Source: Heterodontus francisci
Taxonomy: Eukaryota
Direction: 5' to 3'
Assembly: GCF_036365525.1 (NCBI RefSeq)
Contig: NC_090377.1
Location: 125,827,594-125,891,593, forward strand
DNA length: 64,000 nucleotides
Below, in pieces: positions 24,968 through 36,970 of this stretch. The notes beneath the pieces were generated by a model. The model ran no database searches. It saw only the letters and a list, made by a program, of their open reading frames with translations, and was not told the origin of the DNA. Positions within the stretch are counted from its first letter, which is position 1. Each line of letters starts with the position of its first letter. A program made the position numbers and the translations under genes.

Positions 24968-25454
24968 GTAACTATCAGCATGCGGCCTTAGCAGAGGCAG
25001 GGCATGCTATTCTCAGTGTGTAACTGAGTTATGTGGGAAATGGAGGCCGCGCTTCTTTGTCACCTCACCTCCACATTTACAGCTCGACTAATTTGTCCGG
25101 GAGGGGGAATTGGGCGATTTTTTTTTTATTTTTTAACTCTACCCATCCCATCCTCACAGTTAAAAAGTGAGCAGGATGCTCCCCCAGCCAGGGGGCACAA
25201 CTGGCATTTCAGTCTGATATTTAATATTGAGATGCAAAAGGTAGGACTCCACACTCACCAACCTGCACAGCCAGACACGCGCCGCAGGGGCAGATGGAGA
25301 ACCTGCCACAAGTCGGGCAAGGGCCGAACCCTCCACGGGCAAATAGACTTTTCCTTGCCCACTACCCACTAAAGGAGTGACTCCTGCTAGGCCCAAATGC
25401 AACACATCCCACCAAGTGTACAGCCTCACTCCATCAGGCAACATATATAAAAGA

Positions 25455-26140
25455 TACCGCACCTGAGGAAGGATGTACTAGCCTTGGAGAGGGTGCAGCA
25501 CATAGTCACCAGAATGATAAAAGGATTAAGGGTTGATCTAATTGAGGTGTATAAGAGATTAAAGGAGTTGATAGGGTAGATAGAGAGAAACTATTCCCTC
25601 TGGTGAGGAAGTCCAGAACAAGGAGGTATAACCTTAAAATTAAAACTAGGCCATTCAAGGGTGATATCAGAAAGCACTCCTTCACACAAAGCGTAGTGGA
25701 AATCTAGAACTCTCTTCTTTCTCCCCCCGCCCCCCCCCCCCCCCCCACAAAAATGCTGGGGGTCAATTGAAAATTTCAAAAGTGAGAATGGTAGATTTTT
25801 TTGTTGGGTCAGGGTATTAGGGGATTTGGAACGAAAAGAAGTAAATGGAGTTAAGATACAGATGAACCGTGATCTAATTGAATGACGGAACAGGCTTGAG
25901 GGGCTGAATGGCCTCCTTCTGTGCCTCTGTAAAAGGTTCAAGGGGCTGAATGGCCTCATTCTGTTCCTATATAATAAGCTTGAGGGGATGAATCCCAGCC
26001 TTTAGTTCCGATAATAACAGGCTCGAGGGGCTGAATGGCCTTCCCCTGCTCCTATATAACAGCCTCGTGAGATTGAGGTGCTTACTCCAGTTCTATGAGG
26101 CTCCAGGGGCTGAATGGTCTCCTCCTGGTCCTCTGTTCCT
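25455..26140 (+). mobile_element. CR1 3' fragment with tandemly reiterated tail (25890-26140)
   Basis: About 6 diverged ~40-45-bp units of aggcttgaggggctgaatggcctcc. Confidence 0.8.
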
Positions 26141-26234
26141 TTCTCTTCTCTACTTGCAAGTCTTATGGGATCAGGTCAAACGTGAGCAAGGAAACCTCCT
26201 GCTGATTACCCCCTACTGCACCCCCTTCGGCTGA

Positions 26235-26976
26235 TGAATCAGTGCTTCTCCATGTTGAACACCAATTGGAAGAAGCACTTAGGGCAGCAAGGGCACAAAG
26301 TACTCTGGGTGGGGAACTTCAATGTCCATCACTAAGAGTGGCTCAGTAGCAGCACTACTGACCGAGCTGGCTGAGTCCTAAGGGACATAGCTGCCAGACT
26401 GGGTCTGCGGCAGAGGGTGAGGGAAAAACTTACTTGACCTCGTTCTCGCCAATCTACCTGTCGCAGATGCATCTGTCCATGACAGTATTGGTAGGAGTGA
26501 CCACCGCACAGTCCTTGTTGAGATGAAATCCCATCCTCACACTGAGGATACACTCCATCGTGTTGTGTGGCACTACCACCTTGCGAAATGGAATAGATTT
26601 TGAACAGATTTAGCAACTCAAAACCGGGCATCCATGAGGTGCTTTGGACCATCAGCAGCAGCAGAATTGTATTCAACCACAATCTGTAACCTCATAGCCC
26701 GGCATATCCCCCACTCTACCATTACCATCAAGCTAGGGGATCAACCCTGGTTCAATGAAGAGTGCAGGACTTGGAATTATATCGCTGTTCCTTCACTGTC
26801 GCCGGGTCAAAATCCTGGAACTCCCTCCCTAACAGCACTGTGGGTGTACCTACCCCACATGGACTGCAGCGGTTCAAGAAGGCAGCTCACCACCACCTTC
26901 TCAAGGGCAATTGGGGATGGGCAATAAATGCTGGTCTAGCCCGCGACGCCCACATCCCCCAAACGAATAAAAAAAT
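26235..26976 (+). mobile_element. Second LINE family (CR1/L2 group), internally deleted
   Basis: APE endonuclease end (IGRSDH), PWFNEECR joined directly to the 3' end and poly-A. Confidence 0.7.
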
Positions 26977-27164
26977 ACTTGCAAACATGTCTCCACCTTC
27001 TGCTCTATGTTGACTTCGCAGTTGAATGACAGTATGGAACAATAGGCCTGTGGCAGTCACCTAAGGCACGAGAGGCTGAATAGCTCCTAGTTCACATGTA
27101 TATATACCTCTTCCTAGTGTGTGCTCCATCAGCTATATGTACCTTGTGACAGAATTGCACAGTG

Positions 27165-27168
<4 letters not shown>

Positions 27169-27197
<29 letters not shown>
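27169..27197. repeat. (AT)n microsatellite
   Basis: About 14 AT units. Confidence 0.95.
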
Positions 27198-27244
27198 ACG
27201 GGCTCCCTTTTCAAAAGCAAATAATCAAAATGTATTCTATCGAA

Positions 27245-29250
27245 TTTAGAGCACAGAAACGGGTAATTCGGCCCAGCTGGTCTACGCCGCTGTTTATGCT
27301 CCACACGAGCCTCCTCCCACCCATCTTCATCTAAACCTATCAACATAACCTTCTATTCCTTTCTTCCTCATGTTTATCCAGCTTCCTCTTAAGTGCATCA
27401 ATGCTATTCGCCTCAACTACTCCATGTGGTAGCAAGTACAACATTCTCACCACTCACTGAGTAAAGAAGATTGTCCTGAATGGCCTATTGAATTTATTAG
27501 TGGCGATCTTGTATTTATGGTCCCTAGTTTTGGACTCCCCACAAGTGGAAAAATCTTCTCTCTATCTACTATATCAAACCCCCTTCGTAATCTTAAAGAC
27601 TGCTCTGGGGTCACCTGTCAGGCTTCTTTTCAAAACTGTTTAGTCTTTCCTGACAGTTATAACCTCTCAGTTCTGGTACCGTCCTTGCAAATCTTTATTG
27701 CACCCTCTTCCAGTGCCACTATATCCTTTTTATAGACGAAGACTAGAACAAGCGCACTTATTCACAGTTGAATCATCAGCTACATTCCCAGGGTCAATAA
27801 GACTTTTCTGTCTGCTTCACCCACCCACTCAGACCACTTAATTCCCCTCGAGCGAGGATGCTGAGAGTCACGAGCATTTAATCCAGCGTGTCTCTTTGCC
27901 AAGGAGCAAGTTGACAATTCGAGATGGAGCCATTCCAGACGCTGAGCTGGAGAGGGAGCAGCTGCCGATTTTTGCCTGTAGTTTGCTCCAAGTGAGTCCT
28001 TAGCACCCCCTACTGAGCTCAGCTTAAACAGCGCCCGCAGGGTTTTGTCTTTGAGCAGTCGAAGAGGGGCCCATACCTTGTCACGGCTTTCAGCAAATAG
28101 TCCACTCAATCACTGCACACATGGGTGTGGCACCAGTGTGACAATTGGGTCAATTATTTTGTAACTACTCTAAGGGAATGTTAACGATATTCATGCAGAA
28201 TATTCCTTCAACTAGTACCATATAGTACAGCACTGCAACAGGTCATTCAGCTCAGGTGGTCAATGCCAGTGTCCATGCTCCTCACGAGCCTCCTCACGCC
28301 CCTCCCCACTCATCTCACCCTATCAGCATGTCCTTCTTTTCCTTTGTCCTTCATCTGTTTACCTAGCTTCCCCTTAGAGGCATCTATGATAAACACCTCA
28401 ACAACTCATGTGATAGTGAGTTCCACATTCTAACCACTCTCTGGGTAAAGACGTTTTCTCCTGAATTCCTTATTGGATTTATTCATGACTATTTTTAATA
28501 TTTATGGCTTCTAGTTTTGGTCCCCCCTGAGAAGTGGCAACATCCTCTCTACAACGACCTTATCAATCCCTTTCATAATTTTAAAGACATCGATCAGGTC
28601 ACCCATCAGCCTTCTCCTTTCTAGAGAAAACAGCCTCAGCTGGTTTAATCTTTCCGTTAGTTATAACCATTCTGATAAAATCCTTTTTGCACCTTCTCCA
28701 GTGCCTCTATATCCTTTTTACAATCGAGACCAGAACTGTGCACAATACTCTCAAGTGTGATTTAACTAAGGTTCTGTCCAAGTTTATCATAACTTCACCA
28801 CTTTTCAATTCTGCCCCTCAAGGAATGAACCCCAGTGCTTCCTTTACTTTTGTAATCTCCAGTTTAACCTGTGTTGCCACTTTTTAGTGATTTGTGTAAC
28901 TGTGCCCTCAAGTCTTTCTGCTGCTCTAGCCTATTTAGACCCTGATTTTCCAAGGAGTATGTGGCCTTGTTATTCTTCCTCCCAAAATGTAATACCTCAC
29001 ACTTATCTATATTGAAGTTCATTTGCCAGTTACACGCCCATTGTGTAAGTTTATTAATGTCTTCTGTGTTTTGTCACATTCCTCCTCTATGTTAACTACA
29101 CCACCCAGTTTGGTGGTGTCCTCAAATTTTGAAATTGTGCTTCAGATTCACGATTTCAAATTGTTGGTGTAAATGGTGAACAGCATTGGTTCCAGCACAC
29201 CACTTCCCATCTTCCGCCAGGCTGAGTAACTACCTTTAACCTCGAATCTT
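27245..29250 (-). mobile_element. Two decayed CR1 fragments (~27245-27760 and ~28225-29250)
   Basis: Reverse-strand CR1 tails and RT remnants. Confidence 0.75.
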
Positions 29251-29688
29251 TGTGACCAACTATTGTGTGTTACATAGAATTACATAGAATTTACAGCACA
29301 GGAATAGGCCATTCAGCCCCACAGGTCTATGCCATGTCTTTATGCTTGACATGAGCCATTTATGCTCTGGATAAGCCTTTTAATGTATGGTTAACCAGAC
29401 ACTAGTACAAAGATTGCGCTGAGCCCAGTGTGACTAATGTTGTATCATAAGCTTCTTGTGTGATGCTCTGTGGTGCATCAGCAAATGAAAGACACAAACC
29501 CACCAGTACTATACAGCTTAAACCTCTCTCCATGTACCCACTCCAATTTCTGATGGGCTGTAAGGAATGCTGCCATAGGGTTGGATGCAAGTTGGATTCA
29601 GTTGGATCGTAGCTGATCTGTAACTTAACTCGATCCAACTGTAATATCCTTGACTAGCAAAGGTCATTTTCAGTTCAATTGGACACAA

Positions 29689-30030
29689 GGGCGGCACAGT
29701 GGTTAGCACCGCAGCCTCACAGCTCCAGCGACCCAGGTTCAGTTCTGGGTACTGCCTGTGCGGAGTTTGCAAGTTCTCCCTGTGACTGTGTGGGTTTTCG
29801 CCGGGTGCTCCGGTTTCCTCCCACAGCCAAAGACTTGCAGGTTGATAGGTAAATTGGCCATTATAAATTGCTCCTAGTGTAGGTGGGTGGTAGGAGAATT
29901 GAGGGCAGGTGGGGATGTGGTAGGGAATATGGGATTAATGTAGGATTAGTATAAGTGGGTGGTTGTTGGTCAGCACCGACTCGGTGGGCCGAAGGGCCTG
30001 ATTCAGTGCTGTATCTCTCTATGACTCTGA
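29689..30030 (+). mobile_element. HE1/V-SINE
   Basis: ggcggcacagtggttagcac head, V core (gggtgctccggtttcctcccac), CR1-derived tail gggccgaagggcctg. Confidence 0.88.
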
Positions 30031-30339
30031 CAGGGTGACACCTCCCTGAAATCCTATTCTATTGTTCCATAAGTTGTGTGCAGCGTTATATACCAATCAG
30101 TGCCAACAGTGGCAAAGGGGTACCATTGCCCTCAAGCCATGCAAATTAGGAAGACGCAGAGAGTGTTGCCCACATTTTGTTAAATCATGTGTGGTGCGCC
30201 TGAGATCTCCTGATATAGCTGATGCAGGGGAGGGTCCTTGCTGAGATCTCTACCTGGCTTTCCTGTCTGCTCTACTCATCCACTGAGAACTCCCAACAAT
30301 TGTTTTCACTCGCTGACAGAGGAGGAGACGTTTCTTTTT

Positions 30340-30740
30340 AACTGGCTCAGTGGGCAGCACTCAGAAGGTTGTGGGCTCAAGTCCCACTCCAGAGGCTTCA
30401 TCAGAAAATCTAGGCTGATGCTCCCAGTGCAGCACTGAGGGAATGCAGCACTATCAGAGGTGCTGTCTTTCGGATGAAACACTAAACCGAGGCCCCATCG
30501 GCCCTCTCGAGGGATCTCATGGCATTATTTCAAAGAAGAGCAGGGGAGTTCTCCCCGGTGTCCTGGCCAATATTTATCCCACAACCAACATCACTGAAAA
30601 ACAGAATCTCTGGTCATTATCACATTACACAAATTGGCTGCTGTGTTTCCTACATTACAACACTTCAAAAAGTACTTCATTGACTGTAAAGAGCTTTGGA
30701 TGTCTTGAGGTCACGAAAGGTGGCTATAGAGATGTTTAAA
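30340..30740 (+). mobile_element. Deu-core SINE
   Basis: Family head, core and tail. Confidence 0.8.
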
Positions 30741-30784
30741 ATCTTTCTTTGACTGTCGCATGCCCTTTGTTTGTTTGTACCCAG

Positions 30785-31051
30785 GCATTGACTCACCGAC
30801 TGGTATCAACTTCTCCGATATAACCACCACTTCTTTCATCGTGCATTGGAACTCCCCCCAAGCCCCAGTCACTGGATTCAGGGTGCGCTACCACCTCGAG
30901 AGTGGGGCCAGGCCAAAAGAAGAGCAGGTACCGGCCTCACGCACCTCTCTCCTGCTGACCAACCTGGCCGCCGGTTCAGAGTACGTCATCAGCATCTATG
31001 CATTCAACGGCCGGCGGCAAAGCCTGCCCCTGGTCGGGCAGCAGTCCACAA
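30785..31051 (+). CDS. fn1: Fibronectin exon, FNIII-9 (synergy domain)
   Basis: cccag|GC ... A|gtaagt; [22 protein letters not shown]...[12 protein letters not shown]. Confidence 0.96.
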
Positions 31052-31866
31052 GTAAGTAAGTGCTGGAACTGGCCCCAACTTAAAAAGAAGACAAAAGCCA
31101 GTAAACTAAACCAATCTTCCGCTGGAAAGTGCTGGGTGAAGGCCGATTTTTATTTTTTGCAAAGAGCAGTGGGATGCCTCCTGCGGCCGGATAGCTGGTC
31201 GGCTCCTGCGCACGGGGCGCTGGCCATGGCTGGGTCAGGGGTTGGACAGGGCTGTGCGAGGCCTCCTGTGGTCGAATAGCCTGCCCAAAGTAAACTTGGG
31301 CACGGAGCTGGACCATGCCTGAGCTGTTAGCCATCGCTGGCTCTAACAAAATGGTAAAGGCAGGAACTAGCACAGAGAAAAGCAAACTTCACCGGAATTG
31401 TAACCGTCTTGTCTTATCAGATATTCAAATCTTGTGCGCAGCATGCATTTCTGTAAGGGTCATCCTTACTTCCTGTCACACTTGACAGTGATGCTGCACA
31501 ATGCTGCAGGAGATTGGCTAATTTTACGTATTTTAAAAGATTCAGTCATCCTCTGTGTTGGAAAAAATCTCTTTACAGATAACACTTGATCCAAGTGATG
31601 TCCTGGACTAGTTTTCAATTACCATGGGGCTTTATTTTTTTCCCCTGCTTTTTTTCCCCCTCTTCGAGGTTAAAGGGGGAGGGTGGGTGGAATGGAGTGG
31701 GGGTAGGAAGTGTTCAGTGGTGATGCTTCAGCAATTATGGTTTGGGACAGCTGGTCTTTCTCTGTCCGTTACATTCGTATGTTGGAAAATGCCTCTCGGT
31801 TTCAGCTGTGCCGTTAACTCCACTGAATTGTTTACGCTCTGTTAACCCCCACCCCTCCACCTCCAG

Positions 31867-31983
31867 TCTCCGATTCCCCAACTGATCTGGAATTCACCCA
31901 GTCCACTCCCAAGAGCCTGACCATCAGCTGGAAGCCGCCGCCTGTGACTGTTAGATATTACCGCATCGCATACGGAGAGTCAG
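31867..31983 (+). CDS. fn1: Fibronectin exon, FNIII-10 first half
   Basis: tccag|TC ... G|gtaagt; [39 protein letters not shown]. Confidence 0.95.
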
Positions 31984-32114
31984 GTAAGTCCTGGCCTACT
32001 CCCTCTGTATAGTCACGATGTGAAGGGCAACACCTTCCGCGAGCTCTCAACATGAAACCTAATTGTTACTGTGGGATCAGACTTGATATTGAGTCGGGTG
32101 CCTTCCTTGTTCCA

Positions 32115-32510
32115 GCAGTGTAAAGCTCCAGTGAGACCCTCATTCGGAGTATTGTGTTCAGTTCCAGCCACCACACCGTGGGCAGGATATATTGACCTTG
32201 GAGGGAGTGCAGTGTACGTTAACCAGAATGATACCTGGACTCCAAGGGTTAAATTATGAGGAGACGTTACACAAACTAGGGCTGTATTCTGGGAATTTAC
32301 AAAGTGAAGGGCTGATATTTATTAAAGTTTTCAAGCTATTAATGGGAGCTGATAGGGTAGATGGAGAGAAACTATTTCTACTGGTTGGGGAGTCTAGGAC
32401 TAGAGGGCATAGTCTAAAAATTACAGCCAGGCCTTTCAGGAGTGAAATTAAGGTGCAGCGCACCAGGATGATACCAAGGCTAAAATTATGGCAGCACTTG
32501 GTGGAAAAAG
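32115..32510 (+). mobile_element. CR1 fragment
   Basis: LEGVQCTLTRMIPGL..LGLYS..ESRTRGHSLK. Confidence 0.8.
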
Positions 32511-33317
32511 GAGGATCAAAATTCGGAGCTTGTACGCTGTAGAGGCCCAGGAGCAACCTGGGCCTGGATATTGAGACGCAATCCCAGTGCAGTGTATGTA
32601 CCCCATGAGGTCTGTGGCAGGGCCAAGGCAGATTGCTTCCCCACCCTCTGTTGGAGGTTGCAGCAACATCAGCCAACCAAGGAGCTTGAGAATCTGCAGG
32701 AGTGGGTAGTGAGGAGGTAACTGAGAGGTGGTAGCAAGCGGTGGCTGGCAGAGGCCTTCAATTTTAACATGGAGCCCAGAGGAGCGTGTAATAAACTTTC
32801 AACATAATCTTCTGGGCAGGGGTGGTCCCTTTATGACTCCTGGACGGCTGAAGAAACGGACCCCATGCGTGCACGTTGTATGCTGTGTTCACGCACAGAT
32901 CAATCTGGCTTAAGCAGGCCCGAAACAGGCCTTAGGCCCCTCATGCACAGTGAGCCTGACACCAGCTTCAGGCATGTGCCCTGGACGCCTACTGAGCAGC
33001 GCGAATCAAAATGGAAGGCCACATGTCAGAAGTGGGCCATTGGCTGTCCATTTGATGCCTGTGAAACGGGCATGGCACTATCAGGTTTTTAGGCCCTTGT
33101 GTTTACTTCCGGCAAACACTTATGAAATGAGTAAATATACAATGTTTTGTATTAGGCCCCTCATGCACAGTGAGCCTGACACCATATTCAGGCACGTGCA
33201 ATGTTTTGTACTACAACATATCCTACGAAGCCTTTCCACGCACAATGCGATTTAAATAACTTTGCCCACCATAGTGACCGCTGATCCTTTTCCTTTTATT
33301 CCCCCATTTTCTCACAG

Positions 33318-33482
33318 GAAGCCGCAGCCCACCGAAGGTGATGACTGTGCCAGGGTCAGAGTCAGCTGCCATCATACCCAACCTGCGCCCTGGCACCAAA
33401 TACACCGTAACCGTGTACGCCGTCACTGGCCGGGGTGACAGCCCGGCAACCAGCAAGCCTGTTATGGGTTCTGAGAGGACAG
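33318..33482 (+). CDS. fn1: Fibronectin exon, FNIII-10 second half with RGD (33431-33439)
   Basis: cacag|GA ... G|gtaagc; [16 protein letters not shown]. Confidence 0.97.
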
Positions 33483-34284
33483 GTAAGCTGTGGGGGGGTG
33501 GGTGGGAGGGCAGGGATGCATGGTGAGGAGTGTGAGCTGGTGGTGGGTTGCTCAATGTGTTGGATTGCGTTCAAAGTGTTGAGTTCTGTCGTAGAATCAT
33601 AGAATGCTACAACACAGAGGGAAGCCTCTCAGCCTGTGTCGCCTCTTTGAAAGCACTATCCAATTAGTCCCACTCCCCGCTCTTGCCCCGTAGTCCTAAA
33701 ATGTTTCCCTTCAAGTTTCCCTCCAAGTCCCTTTTGAAAAGTACCATTGAATTTGCTTCCACCACCATGTCAGACAGCACATTCCAGATCATAACTCGCT
33801 GTATAAATAATTCTCATCTCTCCCCTAGTTCTTTTCCCAATTGTCTTAATCCTGTGTCCCCTGGTTACGGAGTTGTCATTCCAGGTAGTGAATTGGAAGG
33901 ACAGTGGTACCCCATTGGGAAGTGAACCTGGATAATATTAACAAGCTGGCACTGCTTTGGCCCGATCTGATGTTACATGCAGTGATACCACACTGTGCCC
34001 TGGGACCTGATGACACCTGGGTCTAACTGGCTTGCTTTTTGCCTCCGTGACCCAGGTTTGGGTCTGGGCCAAACTAATGTGGATGCTGGCTGAGAGGTTC
34101 CTGCGGTCAGATGAAATTGGAGAGTCCAAATCCCAGCTGGTAGAAATTGTGGGCCTCCAGTAAAAAGAAAAAAGACTGGCATTCCTGCTCTTAAATAGAG
34201 CCGCCAGGTCTCACTGCGGAGGTGATGGGGAGCCTCACTACTGGAGGGCCTCACTGTGGAGGTCAGGGAGCGCCTCACTGTGGA

Positions 34285-34712
34285 GCTTCACCAGAATGAT
34301 ACCCAGGCTGAAAGAGTTAAATGATGAGGACAGGTTGCACAGAATAGGCTTGTATTCCCTCGAATATTGAAGATTAGAGGGTGAACTGATTGATTTGTTC
34401 AAAGGATTTGATAGGGTAGATGGAGAGAAACTAGTTCCTGTGATGGGGGATTTCAGAACAAGGGGGCATAACCTTAAAATTAGAGCTAGGCCATTCGGGA
34501 AGCACTTCTTCACCCAAAAGCTATAGGGAATCTGGAACTCTCCTCTAATAAAGTGTGCTGATGCTGGACATCAGTCAAAGGTCTCAAAACTGAGATTGAC
34601 AGCCTGTTGTTAGGTTATGGTTTCGAGGGTTATGGAACCAATGGAGTTAAGAAACAGATCCAAATAAATGGTGGAACAAGTTTGAGGGGCTGAATGGCCT
34701 CCTCCTGCTCCG
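34285..34712 (+). mobile_element. CR1 3' fragment
   Basis: FTRMIP..RTRGHNLK remnant and gggctgaatggcctcc tail. Confidence 0.8.
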
Positions 34713-35275
34713 ATGATCGTCAATGTAGCTGCTTGTCTATAACTTCCATTTACTTACTTTGTGCCCGACTTGGGGAACGGAAACTTCCATTTCCCACGCA
34801 CCACTGATGGGTACATCTGCTGCAGAGTGAAGCTGCTGCTGCTTAGCCAGGCCTCAGGCCTACAGGGCTGCAGTCGTACTTCCATCAGAAGCCTGCTGGG
34901 ACTGTAGTCAGCCACGCCCATTCGTTGCCCGAAATGGAAGTTGGGCCTCTGCTGTCAATCAGTGCGTCACTGCCCACCCGCCCATAGATCAAACTGCTGG
35001 ATGCCCTAACTGGGGTTCAACTGGCAAATCACGGTGGCGTGTAGGGCCCATGTCCATGCTTGCCATCTGTCTGCTGTGCCACACTCGCGACGGAGCCGTT
35101 TCCAAAGGCCAGGGAGGGAAAACGCAAATCACTATGGACTACCTGAGTTGTTGTTGCAGAGAGCTGGCACAAACAAGATGGACTGAATGGCCTCCTTCTG
35201 TCCTGTAACTGTTCTGATTCTAGGGTCGGAGCCCTGCCTTTTTCACCAGGGCCCATTTCCCCTTTCTTTTTCCAG

Positions 35276-35431
35276 AGATTGACATGCCAACGGCGCTGGA
35301 AGTGAAAGAAGTGCATGACAACAGCCTGACCATCAGCTGGAGTCCTCCCACCGCCCCGGTAACCGGCTACAAGGTCACCAGTACCCCGAAGACCGGCCAA
35401 GGCCCAGTTATAACTCACACCGTCCCATCAG
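35276..35431 (+). CDS. fn1: Fibronectin exon, FNIII-11 first half
   Basis: tccag|AG ... G|gtcagt; EIDMPTALEVKEVHDNSLTISWSPPTAPVTGYKV. Confidence 0.95.
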
Positions 35432-35783
35432 GTCAGTCACCAGAGATACGCTCAATGGTGGGCCTTCAGCTAATGGGACAGGGGCTTCAGTTGGTCATCA
35501 GTAATATTGTAATGCTGCTCTGGACTTCTGAACTACATCGAAAGGTTTATTTAAAAGGTAGCTATTGGTTACTAGTATTCTCCATTGCACGCCAGTGAGA
35601 GTAATCTCTTCTGAAGAGGAGGCCACACAGTTGGGATGGGAGGGTGAGGGTGTGCTTTTTTTGCCACTGTGAATACAACGTAATCTGTGGCAGGAGGTGG
35701 GGAGCTATCGAGTAATGCCGCCACCTTGGGGGAGCTTGCAGACTGTAGTTACAGAAATACTGGAGGATGAGCTGATCCTACAG

Positions 35784-36106
35784 TTTTATTTTTTATTTTA
35801 TTTAGAGATACAGCACTGAAACAGGCCCTTCGGCCCACCGAGTCTGTGCCGACCAACAACCACCCATCTATACTAACCCCACAGTAATCCCATATGCCCT
35901 ACCATCTACCTCCACTCGGGGCAATTTATGACAGCCAATTTACCTATCACCTGCAAGTCTTTGGCTTGTGGGAGGAAACCGGAGCACCCAGAGGAAACCC
36001 ACGCAGACACAGGGAGAACTTGCAAACTCCACACAGGCAGTACCCAGAATTGAACCCGGGTCCCTGGAGCTGTGAGGCTGCGGTGCTAACCACTGCGCCA
36101 CTGTGC
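35784..36106 (-). mobile_element. HE1/V-SINE
   Basis: Reverse complement of the copy at 29689, with A-rich tail. Confidence 0.88.
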
Positions 36107-36394
36107 AGTCGGGGTACTTGCTGTCACTGGGGTGTTGGGAATGGTATCTGCTTAGCTGGTGCATTGTTCAGCTGGCACTGCCAGACTGACTTGGCAGAGG
36201 GCATGCCAGACAGGGGAGAGGAAGCCCAGCCCAGTTTTATAGGTTTCCCATAGGCAGCTGGGGGAGGGGTTAGTGCACCTGTTTCAATGCCTTGGGGTCT
36301 GGTGTGATCAGCCTCTGTTGATGGATTCTGGCCATTCATAAATTAGGTGCCTGTTGATTTCTCCATAATTTCATCCATTTAACTGGAGCTATAG

Positions 36395-36620
36395 GCCTGT
36401 CCGGGATTGGCCTGGTGCCCCCAGGAATTAAAGATTCATCTCTCGGACACTGCTGCGAGCAAAAACCTGGAAGAAAAAAAATCAAACTGTTTTCTTTAAA
36501 TTTTCTTTCATCACTTAGTTATTGGTTATAAAAATATTAAAGCTGTTTGACCGGCTGGGGTGTTTGGGTTGGAGATGGGAGGTCACGTGAATATGTCCAA
36601 CCAGACTTGGCAACTCTCAA
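36395..36620. mobile_element. Small hAT-like MITE (same family as 56741-56930)
   Basis: Shared ccaggaattaaagatt internal motif and ttggcaac end. Confidence 0.5.
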
Positions 36621-36856
36621 TATGGCAGTTCTTCGCTGAAGAGGATTAATGTGGGAACCTTTTGAAATGGGAAGATGATGGTTGGATGGGCTCTGAAGCT
36701 GCAAATCTGGCTGAAAACCCAATGCCTTCAACAAGTTGGGACCGCACAAGCTCCGGTCTGCAGAATACATGGAACGGGCACCGCAGCAAGGTATTGGAAT
36801 GTGGCAGCAGCAGAAGGATGGGAATATCAACTTGTCTGTCGTTTCTATATTTTTAG

Positions 36857-36970
36857 GTCAAACTCAGCTGACTATCGAGGGCCTGCTGCCAACAGTCGAG
36901 TACATGGTCAGCGTGTACGCCCAGGGAGAGCATGGAGAAAGTGCGCCTCTCACCGAAACAGCAGCCACCA
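36857..36970 (+). CDS. fn1: Fibronectin exon, FNIII-11 second half
   Basis: tttag|GT ... A|gtatgt; [32 protein letters not shown]. Confidence 0.95.

Noticed and set aside
25890-26140. CRISPR-like repeat array
   Set aside because: Diverged tandem CR1 tail units without unique spacers; vertebrate context, no cas genes.
31052-31061. Tandem donor gtaagtaagt after III-9
   Set aside because: A GT four nt downstream is part of the normal donor consensus; no evidence of regulated use.
34208-34285. cctcactgtggag repeated four times
   Set aside because: Short degenerate minisatellite at a CR1 5' junction; no further structure.
34782-34942. 12-bp inverted repeat aacttccatttc / gaaatggaagtt
   Set aside because: Probably a decayed MITE; no TSD or second copy to support a call.
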